A stretch of DNA of 64,000 nt, taken from contig CAVXWP010000001.1 of assembly GCA_963765495.1 (NCBI GenBank), forward strand, positions 32,001 through 96,000, in the 5' to 3' direction. The notes below the pieces were generated by a model that worked only from the letters and a program-made list of their open reading frames with translations, ran no database searches and was not told the DNA's origin. The number at the start of each line of letters is the position of its first letter. Positions within the stretch are counted from its first letter, which is position 1. The position numbers and the translations under genes were made by a program. Shown here piece by piece: positions 51,488 through 61,874 of this stretch. The DNA comes from Blastocatellia bacterium (lineage in GTDB: Bacteria; Acidobacteriota; Blastocatellia; UBA7656).

Positions 51488-52616
51488 CGCGTGGCTCATA
51501 GCGCAAGACTATGCCATTCAGACCCGTGGCCCAGCCTGCGTGGTCGTTGACGAATCTGATGTCGAGGAGGCGTACGGGAAGAGGTGAGCCTATGTTGAGC
51601 CATTCTTCGCCGCCATCGGGGGTATAGAGCATCATTCCCTCATCGCCCACTGCCCAGCCTCGATTGCGATCAATGAAGTAGATGTCGCGTACGACGAATT
51701 CATCCTTAACCTGGTAGAGCTTTTTCCATGTGCGCCCGCCATCTTCGGTCTTTACCATTCGCCCGCTGCGGCCTACGAGCCAGCCGGTGTTTTCGTCCGC
51801 AAAGAAGATAGCCCGAAAGACAAGCTCGTACCGGTTGGATTGCATCTTAATCCAGTTGATCCCGCCATCGACCGTCTTGTAGAAGCTCCCATCGTTGATG
51901 CTGGCCCAGGCGTGCAGTGTGTCCAGAAAGAAGATTGTCGAAACGTTTTGCTCGAATGGAAAAGGGATTTCATTCCAGTTCTGCCCGCCATCAATCGTAG
52001 TCAGAAAGACGCCGGGTTGCTCGGCGTACTCGTCTTTACGCCCGCCGCCCCAGGCCCATCCGTGAGTGGCGTCGGCAAAGTACAACTGGTCGAGTTGTTC
52101 GGGCTGGTCCATCACAGGATTGCGCCGGTTGCCAATCAGCTTGAGTTTGACCGTGCCGGCCTTGCGTTGCAGTGGCCAGGTCGCGCCGCCGTCGGAGCTA
52201 TGAAGAATATCGCGGTCAATCGTCAGCGCCCACCCTGTTTGCGGGTTCACAAACCAGACGGATCGAATCTTGTACTTTAGCTGATCCGGCATCGGTTGCC
52301 AGGTCAGACCGCCGTCGGTTGTCTGAAGCACTTCGAAACCCTGATTCTCTTTGAGCGGGTCTTTGAGCTTTTCGCCCGGTTTTACGGAAGCAATATTCGC
52401 GTTTATGTTTCCGTTTTCGTCTACGGGGATGGAGCTGCGGTCCGACTGGCCGTTGACCCAGCCTGTGTTTTCATTGACAAAGCAGATGCTATAAAAAGCG
52501 TCGCCGGTTTCAGTATCCTGATAAGACCATGTTCCCGGCGCTTTGGGCGGAGAGCATGCGGAAGCAAGCAGAATCGCAGTTGCGAGCAGAGCTGTCAAAA
52601 ATCGGGTTCTATGCAT
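51480..52616 (-). CDS. YCF48-like BNR/Asp-box beta-propeller lipoprotein
   Basis: Lipobox ASAC; repeated F...GW...T.DGG..W units. Confidence 0.85.
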   Translation of the reverse strand: MHRTRFLTALLATAILLASACSPPKAPGTWSYQDTETGDAFYSICFVNENTGWVNGQSDRSSIPVDENGNINANIASVKPGEKLKDPLKENQGFEVLQTTDGGLTWQPMPDQLKYKIRSVWFVNPQTGWALTIDRDILHSSDGGATWPLQRKAGTVKLKLIGNRRNPVMDQPEQLDQLYFADATHGWAWGGGRKDEYAEQPGVFLTTIDGGQNWNEIPFPFEQNVSTIFFLDTLHAWASINDGSFYKTVDGGINWIKMQSNRYELVFRAIFFADENTGWLVGRSGRMVKTEDGGRTWKKLYQVKDEFVVRDIYFIDRNRGWAVGDEGMMLYTPDGGEEWLNIGSPLPVRLLDIRFVNDHAGWATGLNGIVLRYEPRGQ

Positions 52617-52734
52617 TCAATAATCCTTTGCTTGGCCTTTGCTGGTCTGAAGCCTGGCGAAGGGCAGTCCTCATTCCACCAGAAAAGATTCTAGCATTGC
52701 AGCGCGAGTCTATAAAAATGGATTGATATGAGAG

Positions 52735-52760
52735 TGTGATTCGTGATGCGTGACGCGTGA
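52735..52760. repeat. Half (left arm only) family A element
   Basis: GTGATTC GTGATGC GTGACGC GTGA with no right arm; abuts a family C element. Confidence 0.7.
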
Positions 52761-52766
52761 AAAAGA

Positions 52767-52838
52767 TTTAGACAGAATTGCCAGGATTTTTTCAAACCTC
52801 TTTCAGAAATCTTGTTAATCCTGTTAATCCTGTCTAAA
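52767..52838. repeat. Palindromic element, family C (9-bp AATCCTGTW units)
   Basis: TTTAGACAG...AATCTTGTT AATCCTGTT AATCCTGTCTAAA. Confidence 0.75.
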
Positions 52839-52853
52839 GATCCAACTCATTCT

Positions 52854-55800
52854 CTACTGAACGACCTTGATGACAGCCGTATTCGACCGTCCGCCGTCGC
52901 GGTTGCGCGCCGTAAGCGATAGAGTTCCGGGAGTGGCGATCAATTGGGCAGGTATGCGGGCTGTTATTTGAGTATCGCTTACAAAGACGGTTTGTACTTC
53001 GACTTCATTTATGATCAGGACGATGCCCGGCTTGAATTCCAGCCCGCCAATAGCTATTTCGACCGCGATTGCACCGACCTTTATCTTTTTTGGCAATCGC
53101 GTTAAGAGGGGGCCGTTTTCTATGGTCAGGGTGACGGCATTTGACTGATTGGTGTCGGCGTTTATCACCCGCACTTCAAGCAGAGCCGCGCGCTCGAAAT
53201 ATTTGTCGGGCACAGAGGCTTTCAGTGAATCTCGCGCGCCGAAAATGGTTTCAACCTTCTCGCCTCCGATTGTGATCACAGCGCCTCGCTCGAATCGCTC
53301 GCCCGTGATTGCTATCTCGATATTCTTAGCCCTGGTTCCGATTCTATCAGGCGTGACCAGAGCGATGTGCGGCGGGTCATCAACTATCAGGAATTTTGCG
53401 GCACTCGATAATTCGCCTCTGGGATTCTGCACGTGAACCTCCGTCGCTCCGCCTTCGGAAATCAATTCGGCGCTTATCTGAGTCGTGATTTTTGCGTCAG
53501 ACAGATACGCGGTCTCAAGCGATGCCTGACCGAAAATCACCCTGGCGCCCGGCAAAAAATTTGCCCCTGAAATCATTAACGTAAAGCCGCTCGATCCTGC
53601 GTGAACGCTTGCGGGCGACATCTTTTGAATACTCGGTTTTGTAGTGAAGGGTTTGCCGGTTGTCTTTGTGCCGGGCGAAAACAACCGCCCGGTTACGGCT
53701 ATGGCCCTGTGCGGCGAGAAAATGCGACCGTCCATATCGGGATCGCGATTCAAAGACTGGTCGGCATTGCCTTCACGGGAACCGAACTTTATCTCTTGAA
53801 TGATATGCCCCCGATTGTCTTCCAGCTTGATAGTGTCGCCGCCGTTATTTAGCGATAGCCCGCCCGATGAAGCTTTGAATACCAGCTTGTTTTCAGCCGC
53901 GTTCCCAAATGGGCCTGTTGGTCTGCCTCCGCCGAATACGACCACGGCTTCGAAGGGAGGCACTATGGTTCCATCTGCGAAAACGTGTCTGATCGAATCG
54001 GCGTCAGAGAGCTTGAACCCCGAAATCTCTATGGGCGCGGCCGTGCGATTCAGTATTTCGACGAACTCATCCTGAGATGAACTGCGCGTGCCGTCGCCGT
54101 TTGCATCGCCTTCATCTCCATTAGCCGGGTCGGCCAGATACTCGTTGATTACGAGCGGGTCTTTGATCAAGACCTTGAAATCCGCGCTGTTTGAAACACC
54201 TGTATCCGGGTTTACGACTATGATCGGAACATTGCCCGCGACCTGTAAGAATCGAGCAGGCAGCCGGGCTTCAATTTGCCCGCTGTTTATAAACGTGGCG
54301 TCGAGATTCGATCTGAATTGAAAATTTTCAATAACGTAAACCAGAGCGCCCGGCTCAAATTTTTCTCCGCTTATCGTGATGGTCAGATCATCGTTGCCTT
54401 CGATAACGGATTCCGGCTCTATCGAATAGACAAACGGCGCAACAGGTAGAACGCGAAACGCCGCTTCGTTTGAAACGCTTCCGTCGCCGTTTACGACTTT
54501 CACACTTCGCAAACCAATGTCGGTGATGAGCGATGCCGAAACATGAGCTTGCAACTGAGCGGCCGAGATGAAATCGGTCTCAACAGGTGTTTGACCGAAT
54601 ACAACCATCGCGCTCTCCAGAAAATGCGCGCCCGCCACGGTGAGGATAAATCCCGGATCGCCTGAGCTTGCCTGCTCGGGGCTTATCGCGGTGATTTGCG
54701 ATGTCGGCAGTGCTATCTGAAGGCCTCGCGTATTCGATAGCTGCCCGTCGCCGTTGCGCACGCGAATGCTATGAGAGCCGGTCGTCGCGGTGACGGTCGC
54801 GGGCAGGGTCGCTTGAAGCTCGCCCGCGTTCAAATACGTAGTCGCTACACTCGAATCGTCAACGAGCACCACCGATGATGTGACGAAATTTTCACCTGCA
54901 ATGAATATCCTTGAAATGCTGCCCGTTAAAATCACGCCCGGCAGCACGGACCTGATCACGGGCGGCGGCGGAATTATAAAGAGCTTCGCTTCATTCGAGC
55001 GATTGCCGCCCGTGTTGCGGACTCTGACCGGATGGTCTCCGGCAACCACGCGAACGTTTGCGGGAACGAGGGCGATCAATTCGCTCTCGCTCACAAACAT
55101 AGTCGCAACCGGGATTGAATCTATCAGCGCGACCGAATCTGCCTCAAATCCGCTCCCCCGAATCGAGAGATCGAAAGGCTCGCTTCCAAGATTTATGCTC
55201 TCAGGATCAAGTTGCGAAATGCGCGGCCCCGTCGTGAAGGGTGAGCCGTTCAACTGCGCGCCGGGCGAGAAGAGCCTGCCGCCGCTCGCGGTTATCGTAG
55301 AGTGCGGGGCAAAGATAATGCCCAGAATGTCGGGATTACGATTGATGGATTGATTGGCATTGCCTTCGACCGAGCCGTATTGAATCGCTTCGAGGATGTT
55401 GCCCCCGTTGTCTTTGAGCGTGATCGTATCGCCGCCGTTATTGAGCGAGAGCGAGGCAGTGAATACCAGCCCGTTGGAAGCGGCGTTGCCGAATTCGCCC
55501 GCAGGCACGCCCCCGCCAAAGATGATCGCCGCTTCGCCCGCAGGAATCGATGTGCTTGCCGGAAAGGTGAATCGAGTCTGCGCGGCATCGCTTACGGTAA
55601 ACCCGCCGACGCCAAGCGGAACGCTTGCGCGATTGACGACCTCTACAAATTCGTCCTGCGCAGAGTCGCGTATGCCGTCGCCGTTTGCGTCACCCGCTGC
55701 TCCATCGGGCGGGTCGGCGAGGTATTCGTTTATGCCTACGCGGCTCAGGACGGTAAACGTGACGGCGTTTGAAATTATCTGGTCAGGGTTTTCGACCGTG

Positions 55801-56618
55801 ATCGAGTGCGCGCCGGGCGAGGCGGTCACTGTCTGCGTCAGATCGGCGCTCAAAGCGGAACTGCTTATAAAGCTGGTGCTCGCAGGTGTCCCGTCTATCA
55901 GGGCAAGCGATGCGCTCTGAAAATTCTCGCCTGTGATTATGAGCGTAACCGCGCCGCTACCGGTTACGACCGCGTCGGGCGAGATAGAGCCAATCAAAGG
56001 ATCGGTACTCACAAAGGGGTGTCCGTTCACTCGTGCGCCGGGTGAAAAGAGCCTGCCTTCGCTGCCCGCAATCGTCGAATGCGGCGCAAAATTTATTCCG
56101 ACAATATCGGGGTTGCGGTTGATGGATTGGTTGGCATTGCCTTCGGCCGAATTGTACGCAAGAGAATCAACGACCGCTCCCTGATTATTTTTGACCGTGA
56201 TCGTGTCGCCGCCGTTGTTTAAGGATAAGCCCGCGCCGGTTGCCGCAAAGACAAGCCCGTTTGCTCCGGCGTTGCCGAAAGAGCCCACAGGCACACCTCC
56301 GCCGAAAACCACGGCCGACTCGCCTGCCGGTATGATTTTGCCCGATGGAATTGTAAACCTGACCTGTACCGCATCGCTCACGGTGTAGCCGCTCACATCC
56401 AGAGGTATCGAGCCGGTATTGACCAACTCTATAAACTCATCATCGGTTGAATCACGCAAGCCGTCGCCGTTTGCATCGCCCGCTATGCCATCGGGCGGGT
56501 CAGCCAAAAACTCGTTGATGATGAGCGGCGCTGTTTGAGGCTCACGTGAAATCGCGCTTGATTCGAGGAACAGGAGAGAGACGCAACAGATCAAAAGGAC
56601 AACTATCTTTCCAGGCAT
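52854..56618 (-). CDS. Secreted protein with three lamin-tail domains and multiple IPT/TIG repeats
   Basis: Signal peptide; 3x INE(F/Y)LADP..GDANGDG.R...DEF(I/V)E..N...LSLNNGGD; about 8 P.I..(I/V).P...G.NF...V.N..SN Ig-like repeats. Confidence 0.85.
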   Translation of the reverse strand: MPGKIVVLLICCVSLLFLESSAISREPQTAPLIINEFLADPPDGIAGDANGDGLRDSTDDEFIELVNTGSIPLDVSGYTVSDAVQVRFTIPSGKIIPAGESAVVFGGGVPVGSFGNAGANGLVFAATGAGLSLNNGGDTITVKNNQGAVVDSLAYNSAEGNANQSINRNPDIVGINFAPHSTIAGSEGRLFSPGARVNGHPFVSTDPLIGSISPDAVVTGSGAVTLIITGENFQSASLALIDGTPASTSFISSSALSADLTQTVTASPGAHSITVENPDQIISNAVTFTVLSRVGINEYLADPPDGAAGDANGDGIRDSAQDEFVEVVNRASVPLGVGGFTVSDAAQTRFTFPASTSIPAGEAAIIFGGGVPAGEFGNAASNGLVFTASLSLNNGGDTITLKDNGGNILEAIQYGSVEGNANQSINRNPDILGIIFAPHSTITASGGRLFSPGAQLNGSPFTTGPRISQLDPESINLGSEPFDLSIRGSGFEADSVALIDSIPVATMFVSESELIALVPANVRVVAGDHPVRVRNTGGNRSNEAKLFIIPPPPVIRSVLPGVILTGSISRIFIAGENFVTSSVVLVDDSSVATTYLNAGELQATLPATVTATTGSHSIRVRNGDGQLSNTRGLQIALPTSQITAISPEQASSGDPGFILTVAGAHFLESAMVVFGQTPVETDFISAAQLQAHVSASLITDIGLRSVKVVNGDGSVSNEAAFRVLPVAPFVYSIEPESVIEGNDDLTITISGEKFEPGALVYVIENFQFRSNLDATFINSGQIEARLPARFLQVAGNVPIIVVNPDTGVSNSADFKVLIKDPLVINEYLADPANGDEGDANGDGTRSSSQDEFVEILNRTAAPIEISGFKLSDADSIRHVFADGTIVPPFEAVVVFGGGRPTGPFGNAAENKLVFKASSGGLSLNNGGDTIKLEDNRGHIIQEIKFGSREGNADQSLNRDPDMDGRIFSPHRAIAVTGRLFSPGTKTTGKPFTTKPSIQKMSPASVHAGSSGFTLMISGANFLPGARVIFGQASLETAYLSDAKITTQISAELISEGGATEVHVQNPRGELSSAAKFLIVDDPPHIALVTPDRIGTRAKNIEIAITGERFERGAVITIGGEKVETIFGARDSLKASVPDKYFERAALLEVRVINADTNQSNAVTLTIENGPLLTRLPKKIKVGAIAVEIAIGGLEFKPGIVLIINEVEVQTVFVSDTQITARIPAQLIATPGTLSLTARNRDGGRSNTAVIKVVQ

Positions 56619-56734
56619 GGCCGAACTCCGGCAAGTCAAAAGCGGCTTGCATTTGAGTTGTTACCTGGGGATTTAAGGATTAGGGAACCGATCACTAATA
56701 AATGACGTGAAATCCTCTTCGGGCGATGCAAGAA

Positions 56735-56803
56735 TTAGACAGGATTTACATGATTTTGAAGAGATTAACAAGAATCTTGTTTAAACCTGTAAATCCTGTC
56801 TAA
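56735..56803. repeat. Palindromic element, family C
   Basis: 16-bp perfect terminal inverted repeat TTAGACAGGATTTACA...TGTAAATCCTGTCTAA just after the GH15 stop. Confidence 0.8.
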
Positions 56804-56807
56804 AAAA

Positions 56808-58661
56808 TCAATAATCGCCACGATTTCGACCGCGAGCCCCGAGCGCCCGATCCAGATTGAATGCGGCGCTTATCAAAGACAGATGCGTAAAAGCTTGAGG
56901 GTAATTGCCAAGGGCTTCGCCCCGATATCCGGTCTCTTCGGCGTAAAGACCCAGGCGGTTGGCATAGCCAAGCATCTTTTCAAATACCAGCCGGGCTTCA
57001 TCGAGCATGGCGCGATCTGTGCGGCCCGCCCGCGTCATCGCTTCGACCAGCCAGAAGGTGCATATGTTGAATGTGCCCTCTTCGCCTTCCAGCCCGTCGG
57101 CATACTCTTTCACGTTATATCTGTAGACGAGGCTGTTTGAGACAAGCCCCCCTTTGTCGGGTGACTCGTTGATTGCTTTCAGAGTTCTGAGCATTCTGGG
57201 GTCGGTGGGCGACAGGAAGAATACGAGCGGCATGGTGAGGTTTGCCGCGTCCAGCGAATTGCTGCCGTAATGTTGCACAAAGGCTCGCCGCTCGGCGCTC
57301 CATCCTCGCGCCATTACCTCTTCATATATCTTGTCCCTGACGTTCAGCCAGCGCTCTCTGTCTGCTGGAAAAGATCTCTTGTCTGCGAGGCGTAAAGCGC
57401 GGTCTATGGCTACCCAGCACATGACCTTCGAGTAGACGAAATGTTGTTGCCCTCCGCGAACCTCCCAGATGCCTTCATCCTTTCGCTGCCAGTTGTCGCA
57501 GACCCAGTTGACCAGATACCGGAGCCGCGTCCATAAATCATAAGAGATAGGCGTTCCGTACTTGTTATAAAGATAAACCGAGTCCATCAACTCGCCGTAA
57601 ATATCGAGCTGTAATTGATCGTAAGCGCCGTTGCCTACGCGGACCGGGCCCGAGCCTTTATAACCCTCCAGATGGTCGAGCGTCTCTTCGGTAAGCGTGT
57701 GGCGTCCGTCGATGCCGTACATGATCTGCAACGGCGCATCCGGGTTAAGGTTGTGACAGACCGCTCCCAGCCAGTTCATGAACTGACCGGCCTCTTCGGT
57801 GAAACCTATGCGGAGCAGACCGTAGAGCGTGAAGGCCGCATCGCGAATCCATGTGTAGCGATAGTCCCAGTTGCGACCGCCTCCCACCTCTTCTGGAAGG
57901 CTGCAAGTCGGGGCCGCCACTATCGCGCCCGATGGCTCGAATGTTAAGAGCTTCAGAACCAGCGCCGAGCGATGAACCATCTCGCGCCACCTGCCCGTGT
58001 ATGTGCACTTTCCTATCCAGTCGCGCCAGAATTGAACGGTCTGTTTGAATTGTTCTTCGGCCTCTTCCTCTGAAATCATAGCGCCGCATTGCGTCCCCGG
58101 CTCGTTTTCTCGAAGCACGAAGGCGGCGGTTTCTCCTTCCTGCAAAGTAAATTCGGCGACCGCTCCGTTCCCTTCCTTTCGAAGCGGGATACGCGAGGTG
58201 AGTGCGAGACTGAGGCTCGGCGTATTAAAACAGAAGCCTTCGGGGTAAACCTCGGTCTCGTGAGGGGTCCTCGCGTAATTGAACGCGGGATAACATTCGA
58301 CGCGAAAAGGCATGGCCCCGCGCACTACGTTCACCCGTCGCACGAGTTGATGGGAACCGAACCGCCGGCCAGCCCTGCCCACCGGCATGTAATCCATGAT
58401 CTCGGCCACGCCTTCGGGCGAGAGAAAGCGCGTTATCAAGACGTTGGTGTCGGGCCAGTAAAACTGCTTATATGTTATCTCGTCAGGGATGGGCGCGATC
58501 TTGAACCGCCCGCCTTTTTTGTCGTCCAGAATAGCCGCAAAGACGCTCGGTGAATCGAAGAACGGGAAGCAAAACCAGTCTATTGATCCATCCATTCCCA
58601 CAAGAGCCGTCGTGTGCATATCGCCGATGATCCCATAGTTTTCGATAGGTTGATAAGGCAT
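56808..58661 (-). CDS. Glycoside hydrolase family 15 (trehalase/glucoamylase-like)
   Basis: [41 protein letters not shown] and GNYPQAFTH. Confidence 0.93.
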   Translation of the reverse strand: MPYQPIENYGIIGDMHTTALVGMDGSIDWFCFPFFDSPSVFAAILDDKKGGRFKIAPIPDEITYKQFYWPDTNVLITRFLSPEGVAEIMDYMPVGRAGRRFGSHQLVRRVNVVRGAMPFRVECYPAFNYARTPHETEVYPEGFCFNTPSLSLALTSRIPLRKEGNGAVAEFTLQEGETAAFVLRENEPGTQCGAMISEEEAEEQFKQTVQFWRDWIGKCTYTGRWREMVHRSALVLKLLTFEPSGAIVAAPTCSLPEEVGGGRNWDYRYTWIRDAAFTLYGLLRIGFTEEAGQFMNWLGAVCHNLNPDAPLQIMYGIDGRHTLTEETLDHLEGYKGSGPVRVGNGAYDQLQLDIYGELMDSVYLYNKYGTPISYDLWTRLRYLVNWVCDNWQRKDEGIWEVRGGQQHFVYSKVMCWVAIDRALRLADKRSFPADRERWLNVRDKIYEEVMARGWSAERRAFVQHYGSNSLDAANLTMPLVFFLSPTDPRMLRTLKAINESPDKGGLVSNSLVYRYNVKEYADGLEGEEGTFNICTFWLVEAMTRAGRTDRAMLDEARLVFEKMLGYANRLGLYAEETGYRGEALGNYPQAFTHLSLISAAFNLDRALGARGRNRGDY

Positions 58662-58877
58662 AGTTTTCCTGTCCTCAAATGGTTGTCCGCAAGTGCGGGT
58701 TAGCAGTGTAGGGTTGACGGCTGCCAGTATATCACACGGAGCATTACTCTCTAAGCCGAACTGCTTGTATGTTGTGCGCCGAGAGATTGTAGAGAATAGA
58801 AAAGACTGATATAAAGGGGGCGATATTCGTCAAATGAAAACCCGTTTACGCTGCACTGATAGACCGGAGGATGACCA

Positions 58878-59924
<1,047 letters not shown>

Positions 59925-59971
59925 TTAATAGGATTTCATGGCGCGAAGTGTCTGGCCGAAATTGGTGATTG

Positions 59972-60520
59972 ATGCAAGCGAGTAACGAAAGAGTTGCAGC
60001 TTTCGCTTACGCGACAATCGTCGCGCTGACGGTCGCCTGGATAGCGGGCGCAATCCTCCTGCCGCTTTCAGCCGGAGCCCAAGCGGGTGATTCCAACGGC
60101 CTGACTATCAGTTCGCTGATTCATTACACCTATGGCAGGGTATGCCATCAAATAGCCGAGAGGTCATTTCACATCCATGGGCAACCCGTCGCTGTCTGCG
60201 CCCGATGTCTGGGCATTTATGTGGGATACCTCGCCGGGCTTGTGGTTTATCCGTTCGCGCGTTCGATTGGACGCGCGGACGCGCCGCCCCGCTTGTGGTT
60301 TCTGCTTGCGTCAATCCCGGTCACGATAGATTTCTTTGGCGGCTATTTCGGCGTATTTGAAAACACGCTTGTCTCGCGCGCGGTCACGGGAATGATCGTA
60401 GGCGCGGCAGGCGCTTTCTACACGCTGCCCGGTCTGGTTTCGATGGTCTGCCTCTGGTTTAAGCAACGCGAAGATGCGCGTCAAAGAGGGGCCTTCGAGG
60501 AGGCGGCAATTCATCAATAA
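59972..60520 (+). CDS. DUF2085 family membrane protein
   Basis: CHQIAERSF...VCARCLGIYVG motif with 4 TM helices. Confidence 0.8.
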   Translation: MQASNERVAAFAYATIVALTVAWIAGAILLPLSAGAQAGDSNGLTISSLIHYTYGRVCHQIAERSFHIHGQPVAVCARCLGIYVGYLAGLVVYPFARSIGRADAPPRLWFLLASIPVTIDFFGGYFGVFENTLVSRAVTGMIVGAAGAFYTLPGLVSMVCLWFKQREDARQRGAFEEAAIHQ

Positions 60521-60601
60521 AGTATGACGGGTTGAGCGACCTGTTTGTACGGAGAGAGAGACTCGCCGAAGTTTGGCGAAGTTTAAAAAGGAGGCTATAC
60601 A

Positions 60602-61162
60602 GTGACTGAAAAACCGAGCAAGATAAAGCCCGCGATCATCGGCGGTGTTGTTCTTGGATTGCTGTCTTCCATCCCTATCGTCAGCGCGGGCAATATATGT
60701 TGTTGTCTGTGGGTATTGCTTGGCGGGGCGCTGGCTGCGAGGATGCTTATAAAGGATTCTCCGATCTATCCCGTCACGACCTCAGACGGCGCGGTAGTCG
60801 GAGTGCTTGCGGGCGCATTTGGCGCGCTCGTGAACCTTATCATAGGAGTGCCCCTCGGCCTTGCGATGAGCGTAGGGGGGAATTACGCGGTAATGGAACA
60901 ACTCACCAAGGTTGTAAACAACCCGGAATTCAGCGAGGCGATAAGGCAACAGATGGAGATGGCTCAACACCAGTCCATGGCCCAACGTCTTGGAGGTGCC
61001 CTGGTGTTCTGGATTATCGGCGCTTTAATCACGATTGGATTTGCCGCGCTCGGAGGCATCATCGGCGTGGCGCTATTTGAAAAACGCAAGGGGCAGCAGA
61101 TGCCGCCGCCGGGCTACCCGCCGCCGCCTTATCCTCCCCCGGGATCGCCTTATCAGGGATGA
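60602..61162 (+). CDS. Membrane protein with CCC motif and Pro-rich tail
   Basis: GTG start with RBS GGAGG; 4 TM helices, NICCCLW and a PPPGYPPPPYPPP tail. Confidence 0.75.
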   Translation: MTEKPSKIKPAIIGGVVLGLLSSIPIVSAGNICCCLWVLLGGALAARMLIKDSPIYPVTTSDGAVVGVLAGAFGALVNLIIGVPLGLAMSVGGNYAVMEQLTKVVNNPEFSEAIRQQMEMAQHQSMAQRLGGALVFWIIGALITIGFAALGGIIGVALFEKRKGQQMPPPGYPPPPYPPPGSPYQG

Positions 61163-61170
61163 TGCGGGAA

Positions 61171-61270
61171 AGGGGAAACGTGATGCGTGAATCGTGATGC
61201 GATGTCAGGCAATCAGGGTTTTCTGATAATTCTCCTATAAGTCACAAATCACGATTCACGTTTCACCCCT
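61171..61270. repeat. Heptamer-arm palindromic element, family A (divergent)
   Basis: AGGGGAAAC GTGATGC GTGAATC GTGATGC ... TCACAAA TCACGAT TCACGTT TCACCCCT. Confidence 0.78.
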
Positions 61271-61334
61271 CTCTTGCGGTATGATTAAACGGTAAGTAAA
61301 ACGACAACGTCTAAAGGGTAAGGGGAATAACACG

Positions 61335-61874
61335 ATGAATGATTCTAATAAGCCTTCTATCGCCGATCTTGATGTCCCCCTCGAACGAGACGTATTCTTG
61401 CGCACCTTGATTCGCGAGCTGTCAGGCACTCTGCAAGACATAGTCGGTCTCGAAGAAGCCTCGGGGTTTATCAGCGTTGTGGGCCAGAATATGGGACGGC
61501 AGATTGGCGGCGAGTATAGGGCGGCGCTCGGCGTAGCCAATCTCAACCGCGAACAGGTTTCCGACGTGCTGGTTGATCTGAAGAGACGAATCCAGGGTGA
61601 TTTCTATGTGATAGAAGAGGACGAAGAGAAGATCGTTCTGGGCAATCGTGCGTGTCCTTTTGCCGAAAAAGTCATAGGCCGCCCGGTAATGTGCATGATG
61701 ACCTCGAACGTCTTCGGCTCGATCGCCGCCGACAACCTCGGTTACGCTAAGGTGGAATTGCAGGAGACTATCGCTGCGGGCGAGGATCATTGCAGAGTGG
61801 TCGTTTACCTGAAAGAGACCCCATTGTCTGCCTCTCGCAAAGGAAGAGAGTATTTCAGGGGAGACGAGAGTTGA
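61335..61874 (+). CDS. Methanogen output domain 1 (MetOD1)-like sensor protein
   Basis: [13 protein letters not shown]...[27 protein letters not shown] and CMMTSNVFG pattern; family call from recollection. Confidence 0.75.
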   Translation: MNDSNKPSIADLDVPLERDVFLRTLIRELSGTLQDIVGLEEASGFISVVGQNMGRQIGGEYRAALGVANLNREQVSDVLVDLKRRIQGDFYVIEEDEEKIVLGNRACPFAEKVIGRPVMCMMTSNVFGSIAADNLGYAKVELQETIAAGEDHCRVVVYLKETPLSASRKGREYFRGDES

